A model generated the notes under the pieces. The model made no database searches. It was not told the origin of the DNA and worked only from the letters and a program-made list of their open reading frames with translations. DNA of 64,000 bases from an uncultured Chloroflexia bacterium. Lineage in GTDB: Bacteria > Chloroflexota > Anaerolineae > B4-G1 > SLSP01. Below are positions 55,896 to 64,000 of this stretch, in pieces. Position numbers and translations under genes: made by a program. Where the stretch lies: assembly GCA_963751345.1 (NCBI GenBank), contig CAVVUS010000018.1:192001-256000 (forward strand). The letters run 5' to 3'. Position 1 is the stretch's first letter, and every line of letters begins with the position of its first letter.

Positions 55896-55992
55896 CGCCA
55901 AGTCTGTAAGGTCTGGCATTATGGCACAATGCGCGACGACAGAACAACAAGCCCGCCTTCGCTCCCGCAGTTGCACTGCAGTTATGGTTTAC

Positions 55993-56644
55993 TCAATACG
56001 CTGCATCCATCACCGGCGAGGTCTTTTCAGCAACGTGAACCTTGATCGGGTATGTCACCAACTTGCTACCAGGTGCTTGAGCCCCGCCGCCGGAAACATC
56101 GCTCGATAGTCTGAGCTGCTATAGAACTTGGCGTGCTCACGCTCCCGTTGTCTGACCCGGCCATCAATCCAGCGCATGAGAAAGTCATCCGTGGTCACGT
56201 CCAGCACGTAGAGGCGGCCCGCCGTCGTAAGCACAGGTGAAATCTCGACAATACCTTCGATGGGGATGGGTAGCGATGAAAGGAATTGGTGCAGATAGCA
56301 CAGTCCACGGAGCCGCCCTCAAGTGGGATTTGCTCGACGTTGGCCTTGTAGACATGTACGTTCCTAAAGCCACGAGATTGGCTCTGGGCTGCTTCAATCA
56401 TGCCTGCCTGAAATGTCGACGCCATAGAACTCACCCTCGTCTTGCAGAAGGCGGCTACATAGCGTACTGCCCAGCCCGTACCACATCCGATGTCGAGAAA
56501 ATGGAGGCCGGGTCTCAGGTCAATGAGTCGAACGACCCTCTTCTGCATCCACCGAAAATAGTCGAAACGCTTCCGGTCGTAGGTGGCGGCACGGGAATCC
56601 CACTTGCGTTCATTCAGTCTCGTATGTTCGGTATGTGGGTCCAT
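55993..56644 (-). CDS. Class I SAM-dependent methyltransferase, several frameshifts
   Basis: FLDIGCGTG, CTNSFH, GGRLYVLD in successive frames. Confidence 0.7.
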
Positions 56645-56660
56645 TGCAGGTAATCCAATC

Positions 56661-57688
56661 TCAGTCCTCATCCCAGCGAACGTCCATCGGCTGGTCAATC
56701 CCGGGCAGGGGTAGAGAGTTCGCTTCCGCCTCTACCGCATCGCGTCTGCGCTTGGGAAAGCCCGCGCCATAGCTGAATCGTCAGCACGTGCCCCGCCCGC
56801 CGCCAGGTGCCGGCAGTCTCACCCTCGACGAGGAGGGCGCCGGGCCAGACACGGGACGTCCACAGCGCGCGGCGTTGACGCTCGTCGGGCACCAGGAGTT
56901 CGCGGTCGGCGCCTTGCAGCAAGAACCAGGTATCCCCGCTTGGCAGGAGCCGGGCCGGTGCCGCTGGGCCGGGCGCCGCGCGGAACAGGGCCTCGTCTTC
57001 GCTCAGGATCCACGCTTCCCCGATGGGCGTGCGCACCGGCATCAACGAGGTGCCGAGCGTTTCGAAGGCAGCGATCCCGCGGGTAGGGCGTATGCCCGCC
57101 CACGTCGCGAAGGCTTCGGGCGTGCTGGGGCCGAACACGTGCAGAAACCGCCGGGCAAGTTCGAGGCGCGCCTCGTGCGGGTCCATGTCAGGCGCCGGCA
57201 CAGTCCGGATCTCGGGTTGGCGCGAACCGTCCCAGCGCATCACGACCGTCCCCGTCGGCGCGGCGTAACGCAGCCGGTTGGGATGCTTTCTCTCCCATGG
57301 CGCGCGCCGCCGCGCTGTAAGTCATCCGGCTGCCGGCCAGCGCTGCGCCCAACCGGGCTGCGATATCCTGGGCACGCTTCAACTGCCTGCCCTCATCCGG
57401 GAGCCTGCCGAGGGTAAACACCGCGAGATCGCGTTTTGCCACGACGTAGGCGCTGAACCGGGGTCCCCAAATCTGGACAAGCGAGGGATCCTCCCAACTC
57501 GCCGGCTCGGTTCCCGCCATGCGCGCATGGATCGAGAGAAGCGCGGCCCGCGGCATGCTGTCCTGCAGACCGGCCCACGCTGCACGTCGCAGCGCGCACC
57601 GGCCACGTGGCAATCGCTCGTCGAGTGACGTGACACGGCGCCGAAACGCGAGAATCTGCGAACGGGTGAGTTCCAGGTTGGTTGTCAT
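56661..57688 (-). CDS. AlkZ/YcaQ-like winged-helix (HTH_42) DNA glycosylase family protein, frameshifted
   Basis: GLQDSMPRAALLSIHAR, RRFLHVFGPST..FATWAG, RLLPSGD, GETAGTWRR. Confidence 0.7.
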
Positions 57689-57784
57689 GTGCGACCGCGC
57701 CTCTCTCTGGCTAGAACGTACATCCATCTTACCGGTGCGACTTCAACCTGTAGCCTTGATTGGCCCCACAAACCGGCGTACAAT

Positions 57785-57798
57785 AGAACAAAAGATCT
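57785..57798. promoter_or_regulatory. Putative LexA (SOS) box upstream of the AlkZ-like gene
   Basis: AGAAC-AAAA-GATCT, one mismatch to AGAAC-N4-GTTCT. Confidence 0.45.
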
Positions 57799-57924
57799 AT
57801 TTTGGGACCGGGGCACCAGCATGAGCCAATGGACACACGCACCCTTACGGCAGATCACCTCTAGGGCCACCCTTCAGTGCCCGACAGAGGTGTCCTGCTT
57901 TCTCCTGTCCCTTCTCCCTTATAC

Positions 57925-57950
57925 CCCTATTTTACGAAACGAACCCATTT
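57925..57950 (+). repeat. AACGAACCCAT-core repeat, copy 1
   Basis: ccctattttacgaaacgaacccattt; similar copy at 60779-60805. Confidence 0.55.
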
Positions 57951-57981
57951 TCGGGCCGCCCAGGGTGGCCGACCACGGCCC

Positions 57982-58802
57982 TCATATCGGTTTCCAGCCG
58001 ACGACCTCCACGTGGACGTTGGCGAAGAAGGCGTCGGGGTGCTCGCCCCAGGCACGGATGGTCATCTTCAGGCTCCTCGACGGTAGCGGAATTCGCCCCA
58101 GCCATTGTCGACGATAGCCCGGCCAAAGGGCCCATCGAGCAGGGAGATCGTGATCTCCGCATGAGAGCGGACTGACGCGGGGTCTCCCTTGGTGTCGGCG
58201 GAGACGCTCTTGAGGGTGCCGGTGAAGCCGGCTTCGCGCAGAATCCCCGGAAGCCGCCTGCCGAGGGTGATGTCACTTCCTCTGCTCTGCTGCCACGCGA
58301 TCATCAGCCTGTCCAACTCCTTGATGGCGTCGGTCCGATGGCCCCACACCACGGCTCCACGTCGACGTCGCGCGCAGCAAAGAAGCCGCCCGGCTTGAGC
58401 ACGCGCATGCATTTCCGCTCGCCGCCCGCCCGGCATGCCTGCGAGAGGTGGACAAGCACGTTGTTCTCGAAGGCGGCGTCGAAGGTACCGTCCTCGAAGG
58501 GCAGCAGGAGCGCGTCCCCGATCTGGAAGATCACGTTGGGCGATCCTCCAGTGCTGCAGCCAGCGCGCTGCGCCGCTTCGACGTGCGGCGCGTCGTGATC
58601 GATCCCGGTCACGTGGCCGGGAGCCACCGCCTCGGGCGAGCCCGAGGGTGATAGTGCCGGGCCCACAGCCAATGTCCAGCAGATTCATTCCCGGACGCAG
58701 GTAGGGCGCGACGAATGCGGCTTGTCGATCTGCCGTCCTGTCCGCGTAATCCCGACTCAGCCCCGGCGTCACGCCATGTGCGCGCTCCTCCTGTGGTGCC
58801 AT
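57982..58802 (-). CDS. Class I SAM-dependent methyltransferase, several frameshifts
   Basis: YLRPGMNLLDIGCGPGTIT, LPFEDGTFDA, RVLKPGG, GRRLPGIL, W.EHPDAFF...VVGWK. Confidence 0.72.
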
Positions 58803-58991
58803 TGGGCATACCTCCTCTTACGGCCAAACCAGATTGCAGAATGCGTCCAAATGTGTGCTCATGATGCAAGCTTGAGTGTGCTTGTCAAGCCGCCGGCCCA
58901 CGAACTATTGACCCAAAGGCCATTCTTGATAGACTATCCGCAGACGTATGCATCTTGTTGGTGATGGCTGCGAATACCGTGGGGGTGCTGC

Positions 58992-59708
58992 ATGGCGGGT
59001 GAGGACTTGACCGAACGCAGAAGGGTTGACGAGGCGCTGGCCCGGCGAACTCAAGAACTGGAAGCGCTGAACGAAACCCACCTCGCGCTTCTGCACGAGA
59101 TGAACCACCGGGTCAAGAACAATCTATCTGTTATCCTCGGCCTGATCTACACCGAGAAGCGATACATCAGTCGGGAAGATCCCCCGTGCTGCGAGGCCAT
59201 TCTTGATGATCTCGCGTGCCGGGTGCGCAGCATGGCTGCAGCCTACTCGATGCTGTCGGCGAGCCAGTGGCAGCCGCTGGCACTCAGTGGATTGGCTGAA
59301 GAGGTGATCGACGCTGCGATATCGACGGCGCCAGATTTGCAGGAGGTCGTCGTAGAGGTGAGCCCCTCGCAGGTGCACATACTCCCCGAACAGGCCCATC
59401 ATCTGGCGCTGGTGCTAGGTGAGTTGGCGACGAACACCGTAAAGTACGGATGTCACGAAGGGGCGCTGAGGGTCAAGATCGATACGTTCCTTGAGGATGG
59501 GCAGATTCATCTCGTCTACGCTGACGCCGGTCCGGGTTACCCGCCTGAGGTCCTGGCAGGCGCCTATTCGGTGGGTCTCGAACTGCTGAACACAGTGGTC
59601 ACCCTGAGCCTGCGCGGTACGTGGGCTATTCATAACGACGATGGGGCGGTAACCGATCTGCGTTTTCCCGCCGGCCTTGAAGAGAACCGGGACTTGGGCG
59701 ATGAGTAG
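58992..59708 (+). CDS. HisKA_2/HWE-type histidine kinase without a sensor domain
   Basis: LLHEMNHRVKNNL, ELATNTVKYG, DAGPG; only a PAC tail (GEDLTERRR) at the N-terminus. Confidence 0.8.
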   Translation: MAGEDLTERRRVDEALARRTQELEALNETHLALLHEMNHRVKNNLSVILGLIYTEKRYISREDPPCCEAILDDLACRVRSMAAAYSMLSASQWQPLALSGLAEEVIDAAISTAPDLQEVVVEVSPSQVHILPEQAHHLALVLGELATNTVKYGCHEGALRVKIDTFLEDGQIHLVYADAGPGYPPEVLAGAYSVGLELLNTVVTLSLRGTWAIHNDDGAVTDLRFPAGLEENRDLGDE

Positions 59709-60759
59709 CCAGCAGAAGGGCCGCGTGCTGATTGCCGAGGATGATGGCTTGGTCGCCGAGATGATCCGGGGGATACTGGAGGATGAGGACTACCAGGTCG
59801 AAGGTATCGTAGGGGATGGGCTCGCAGCATTGGAGGCGGTGGCACGCCTTCAGCCCGATGTCGTCGTGATGGATCTCCGGATGCCGGAGATGGATGGGAT
59901 TGAGACCACTCGCCGGATCCAGCAAATCCGTCCTACTCCCGTGGTTATGCTGACGGCCTACGACAGTATGCAGTTGACGTCCGAAGCTGCCGCAGCCGGC
60001 GTAGGGGCCTACCTGGTGAAGCCTCCCAACGGGCGCGATCTGGCCCGCGCCATCACCGTGGCGCGGGCGCGCTTCGAGGAGGCGCAGAGCCTGGACGCCT
60101 TTGCGCATACGGTAGCTCACGATCTGAAAAGCGCCATGACGCCCATTCTGTGCGTTGCCGAGCTGCTGAGTGAAGACCTTGAGGTGACCTCGGTGGAAAG
60201 CGCGCGGCAACAATTGGACATGATTGCTGAGAGTGGCTACAAGTTGGGGCGTATGGTCGACGATCTGTTGATGTTGGCAGAGATACGCTATCGGGATGTG
60301 ACGCCGCGACCCCTCGATATGGCCCCCATTGTGCAGGAGGCGCAGAGCCGATTGGCATCTGTCGCCGACCGACTGGGCGCTACCATGGATGCACCGTCGA
60401 CGTGGCCGACGGTTCTTGGTCGCGAGTCCTGGGTGACGGAGGTGTGGGTTAACTATCTCAGCAATGCACTCAAGTATGGTGGCAGGCCGCCGGAACTGAC
60501 CTTGGGGTGGAACAAGCCTTCCTCAGATAAGGCGCACGTGCGCTTCTGGGTGCGCGATAACGGCAGTGGGCTCACATCAGAGGAGCAGGCACAGCTCTTC
60601 GCGCGCTACACTAGACTGCGGCCCACGGAGGCGGACGGTCACGGGTTGGGTCTGTCCATTGTGCAGCAGATCGTGAGGAAACTTGGCGGCAGCGTCGGCG
60701 TCGAGAGTCAGGTAGATCGAGGCTGTACGTTCTGGTTTACGCTGCCTGTCGTCCCCTGA
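59701..60759 (+). CDS. Response regulator receiver fused to histidine kinase
   Basis: IAEDD, VMDLRMP, LVKP; [33 protein letters not shown]. Confidence 0.88.
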   Translation: MSSQQKGRVLIAEDDGLVAEMIRGILEDEDYQVEGIVGDGLAALEAVARLQPDVVVMDLRMPEMDGIETTRRIQQIRPTPVVMLTAYDSMQLTSEAAAAGVGAYLVKPPNGRDLARAITVARARFEEAQSLDAFAHTVAHDLKSAMTPILCVAELLSEDLEVTSVESARQQLDMIAESGYKLGRMVDDLLMLAEIRYRDVTPRPLDMAPIVQEAQSRLASVADRLGATMDAPSTWPTVLGRESWVTEVWVNYLSNALKYGGRPPELTLGWNKPSSDKAHVRFWVRDNGSGLTSEEQAQLFARYTRLRPTEADGHGLGLSIVQQIVRKLGGSVGVESQVDRGCTFWFTLPVVP

Positions 60760-60778
60760 GGGCAGTGGGTTACATACT

Positions 60779-60805
60779 CCCCACTTTGCGGAACGAACCC
60801 ATCTT
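60779..60805 (+). repeat. AACGAACCCAT-core repeat, copy 2
   Basis: ccccactttgcggaacgaacccatctt. Confidence 0.55.
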
Positions 60806-60934
60806 TGCGACCGTAGACCCATCTCCAGAAGGCGATGTCCTGATAGGAGTAGCCGCTGGCGGAGTCCGCTGCGATATGGTATGCTGGACCCTGCAAACTA
60901 CCTGCTCCCTCGTGGTTAAGGAGGACGTTGCCCA

Positions 60935-61600
60935 ATGGGTATAACCTGTGGTATTGCGCGCTCAGCCCGGAATCGTCGCCGTGTTGTGGGGATCCTCGTG
61001 TTTTCCTCGGCTTTGGTTGGCTTGCTATGGCCGGGACTCCCCTCGTTGGCCCAAGCGCGGGTCAGCGCATTGGAAGCGGGCTCTAGGTTGGCCCCCGTCG
61101 CGACACTCCCACCAAGGGTGACCGCGGTACCCCAGCCCGTCACACAGTCCCCCGCGGTTCCAGCGACGGCGATCCACCTGGCTGTGCAGGACAACGATCC
61201 GACCCTTAGTATCGCGGATCTTTGGGCGCAGGTGGAATGGCAGGATAGTGCGGGCGTCTGGCATGCCGTGGAGGGCTGGCAAGGGGCCCTGGTCGACATC
61301 TCCGGGAACGTGGGCAGCGCCACGTGGTACCTCGGCGCCGATGAATTGGGGGCCGGCCCGTTTCGCTGGGGCCTATACGCTGGACGGGGCGGTGCGTTGC
61401 TGTCGAGCAGTGCCCCCTTTGCCCTGCCCGCAACGGAGGGCAGCACGGTGACGGTCGAGATGCAGATGTCACCTCAGCCGCTGCTCCCCCAGAGCGGCGG
61501 CATTTCGATAGCCGCCCTTGTCGCAGCAATGGCAATCGCTGCGGGTGCAATCGTGACCCGCCTCGTGAGTCTCCGCTCTGACCCCCGCCGCGAGGTGTGA
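60935..61600 (+). CDS. Secreted protein with LPxTG-like (LPQSG) sorting signal
   Basis: Signal peptide; LPQSGG followed by TM helix and basic tail (RSDPRR). Confidence 0.7.
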   Translation: MGITCGIARSARNRRRVVGILVFSSALVGLLWPGLPSLAQARVSALEAGSRLAPVATLPPRVTAVPQPVTQSPAVPATAIHLAVQDNDPTLSIADLWAQVEWQDSAGVWHAVEGWQGALVDISGNVGSATWYLGADELGAGPFRWGLYAGRGGALLSSSAPFALPATEGSTVTVEMQMSPQPLLPQSGGISIAALVAAMAIAAGAIVTRLVSLRSDPRREV

Positions 61601-61648
61601 GACGGTGTCTCTGTCCGGCGGTCGCCTAAGTCACAGAGAGGTCAGCTT

Positions 61649-61945
61649 CTAGGCCGCTTCCTCTTCTTCCGACTTGGCCTCCTCCGGCTCTGCGCTGGCC
61701 AACTTCTCGACGACGATCGATCCGTGGCCGATCAGGGCCGCGATAGCGCCCAGCGCCGCCAGTTGTGGTGCGATGACAGTGCCCACCACGCCCCAGGTGA
61801 GAGGGAGGTCGATCAGGGGGCGTCCATCCTCGTTCTTGATGACGACGCGGCGGACGTTGCCCTTCTGGACGAGCTCTTTGACCTTGGCGAGCATCTTCTC
61901 GCCGCTCACGCGGAACTCCTCGGTGCGAACCTCTTCCTCGCTCAT
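61649..61945 (-). CDS. DUF4342-like small protein
   Basis: EEFRVSGE..LAKVKELVQKGNVRRVVIK...DLPLTWGV...LAALGAIAAL. Confidence 0.75.
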   Translation of the reverse strand: MSEEEVRTEEFRVSGEKMLAKVKELVQKGNVRRVVIKNEDGRPLIDLPLTWGVVGTVIAPQLAALGAIAALIGHGSIVVEKLASAEPEEAKSEEEEAA

Positions 61946-62106
61946 GTTAGCTCCTTTCGGTGAAACGAACTTACACCTATTGTACAACGGAAGTGGCGCA
62001 GATGGAACGGGTAGAGGCACAGCATCTCGGGTAATCGTCATCTCCGTGTCACAGGGATGTCATATGGGGATGGTATCCTGTCCATATCTTGATGCAGGAG
62101 GTGAGG

Positions 62107-62786
62107 ATGAGGCCAAGAGAAATCTCCTCGTGGGTGCTCATCGCGCTCGTCGTTGTTGGCAGCCTGGGCTGTGCGCGCGCAACCGGACGGAGCACGGCTT
62201 CGGTACAGCCGATGGTTGGCGCCGGGAAGGTCGCTGGGTCGAACCGCCATCGTGCAGGACCACCGGGTCTGCAGCGACCACACGCGCTGGCCCTCGCCTG
62301 GACGTCAACCAGGGGGCACCCCCGGGGGCGGCGTTCACGATTACGTTGACCGGCGATGGCGTCACGCCGGCGGATCTGCTCGCGGTCGATGATCTCGGCG
62401 ATGTCACGCTCGCTGCCGAGCCGCTTCTGACGGCGGATGATCTCCTGGCCTATGACGTCACCTCGCACGTCTTCACGCTTACGATGGAGGCTGCCGGGCG
62501 GGTGGCTGCGCTGGATGTGCCGACGAATGGTCGCGGCTTTGTCGTGGCGGTGGAGGGCACACCCATCTACGCCGGGGCCTTCTGGGCGCCCTACTCGTCA
62601 CTTTCATACGACGGGGTGGTCATTCTGGTCCTTCCCGGATACTCCGCTGGGGCCGGTTTTCCCTCGGAGAGCGGGACGTTTCGGCTGGAGCTGGGCTATC
62701 CCGGCAGTGGCTTCTTCAGAGGTAGCGATCCACGGTCAGACCCACGGGTCGTCGATGCCCTGGTTGAGCTGGGTATTGCGAGGTAA
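62107..62786 (+). CDS. Hypothetical lipoprotein, frameshifted
   Basis: Lipobox SLGC in one frame; C-terminal part PLLTADDLLAYD...GFVV...YAGAFW...LGYPG...DPRSDPR in another. Confidence 0.55.
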
Positions 62787-62869
62787 GATCTCGGCCCTAC
62801 ATTCGCGTCAATAATACCAGGCCAAACACGACACCTCGTGTGACGGCACCTCTTGCCGTAGCTCGAGGT

Positions 62870-62908
62870 CCCATCGGCGGACACTCAACTTGAGTGTCCG
62901 CCGATGGG
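62870..62908. repeat. Perfect 39-bp palindrome (19-1-19)
   Basis: CCCATCGGCGGACACTCAA-C-TTGAGTGTCCGCCGATGGG. Confidence 0.8.
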
Positions 62909-62967
62909 CGTGTCTAGGGCTTCCGTGGTCACCTGGTAAGATCTCAGCTCGATGCCGTGTCAATATA

Positions 62968-63087
62968 GTACGATGAAGGCTAAGTCCCTCGTCCGGGGGT
63001 CGGAACCCGCCTTTCGACGCCAGGACATCCTTCACCCGGAGCCGGGCTCCTGTAAAGGGGCCCGGTTTCCAATGTCAGGTATCGTGC
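62968..63087 (+). ncRNA. Candidate structured leader or small RNA (family not recognised)
   Basis: Nested pairings TGAAGG/CCTTCA, GTCC/GGAC, CGTC/GACG; hairpin GCCGGGCTCC-TGTAAA-GGGGCCCGGT; closing GTACGAT/ATCGTGC. Confidence 0.3.
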
Positions 63088-63126
63088 CCGCAGTGGGGCG
63101 GGGGGGGGCGAGGAGGTAGATGACGA

Positions 63127-63925
63127 ATGACGTGGCAATTGCACGAAGGCGATCTCAGGTTTCTGCTGGGGGACCAAGCGGCAGGAGATCCTGATAGGAT
63201 CGCGATGGTGGATGAGGCGTGGTTGGATGGCGTCCTCGAGGACGATACTCTTTTCGATCGCCTCATCGGGGATGACTTACATTTGCTTGGGGTCTCACCG
63301 TGGCTATTTTTCAGCATTCTTCTGAGGCGCGCAAAGCGCGATCTGGTCAGTGAAGCCTTCACGATGGAACGGCGTGCCAACCAGAAGGTCGTCATCTTCG
63401 ACACCGATCAGGTGGTCGAGTTGTTGGATCAGGAGGTCATTCGCGATTACCTCGCCACGTTACTGGCCTCTTTCACGCGGATCGCAGAGCATGACGGTGC
63501 GCGTGAATGTAGGCCGGGGCGTCTGGCGCCGATATAGGACGAACGACCTGGACGTTGAGGGGTTGATGCGCTACGCGGAAGCTGTGGATGAGCCCCTTCG
63601 CTTTGAGCCCTACAAGCGCATCGGCGATGCGTGTCTGTTTATGGTGGGTATGTTCTCCGAGGCGATCGAGACTAAGTATCGTTATGCTGCCAGCCGGCAG
63701 ATCCGTCCCGGGGCAAGAGGCCATCTGCTTCAGAGCCGCGAGGACTATGAGCGGTACGGGCGCGCGTTCTACCAGATGGCGGCAGAACACCGGCGCGCGG
63801 AGGTCGGCGGGCTGGATGCTGTGCTGTCCAAGTTGTCCGACGATTTTATTCTGGCGGAGAAGCCCCTGGCATTCCTGGCTGACCGTTACCTGTGGACCAC
63901 ACGCCACCAGATCTTCAAGTTGTAG
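63127..63925 (+). CDS. Hypothetical protein, frameshift near 63484
   Basis: AGGAGG RBS; VSPWLFFSILLRR...DYLATLLASFTR then YKRIGDACLFMVGMF...YERYGRAFY. Confidence 0.7.
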
Positions 63926-64000
63926 GAATGCCCCGGTCCTGCCGATCGGCAGCGATGGTTGGCCTAATGGGCTGATTCGATCAATTCCTGTTTGAGTTCC

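Noticed and set aside
55930-55990. Second attC after the methyltransferase (CCATAAC on the minus strand)
   Set aside because: No matching GTTRRRY end or paired arms found.
62970-63040. tRNA, tRNA-Sec, tmRNA or SAM-riboswitch match (GGGGGT...TTCGAC; GAGGGACT on the minus strand)
   Set aside because: No cloverleaf, acceptor stem or complete consensus; only short word matches.

Overview
GC-rich bacterial chromosomal segment. Gene content suggests Chloroflexota, probably Anaerolineae (inferred from the Cys-containing LysM proteins, the SFGC-type L,D-transpeptidase, PA14 surface proteins and a paralogous '[12 protein letters not shown]' kinase family; not proven). The left third carries housekeeping and envelope genes: dnaX (partial), rlmN, a MocA-NagD fusion, ftsB-like, suhB, mutY, L,D-transpeptidases, a His-less histidine-kinase-like protein, a RACo-type ASKHA ATPase, pdxA and pgm. 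The centre (32.8-50 kb) is a co-oriented run starting at a perfect sigma70 promoter with an embedded operator. It encodes a GntR regulator, two different carbamoyltransferases, carbamate kinase, two fold-type-II PLP enzymes, a GH63-like hydrolase, a GT2, xanthine-dehydrogenase-family subunits and a nucleosidase-fold protein. I read this as a probable variant of anaerobic purine/ureide catabolism that may conserve both ureido groups as carbamoyl phosphate. After gyrB lies an accessory island with a TIR-domain gene bracketed by attC-like and attI-like sites (no integrase in the window), a HigB/HigA-ImmA toxin-antitoxin pair, methyltransferases, an AlkZ-like gene and two-component genes. Many REP-like palindromes and 7-8 bp periodic repeats occur, some in frame inside genes. 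Many genes, including gyrB, have single-base frameshifts that look like long-read assembly errors. No rRNA, tRNA or CRISPR array was recognised. All calls are by eye from motifs; no database search was run.
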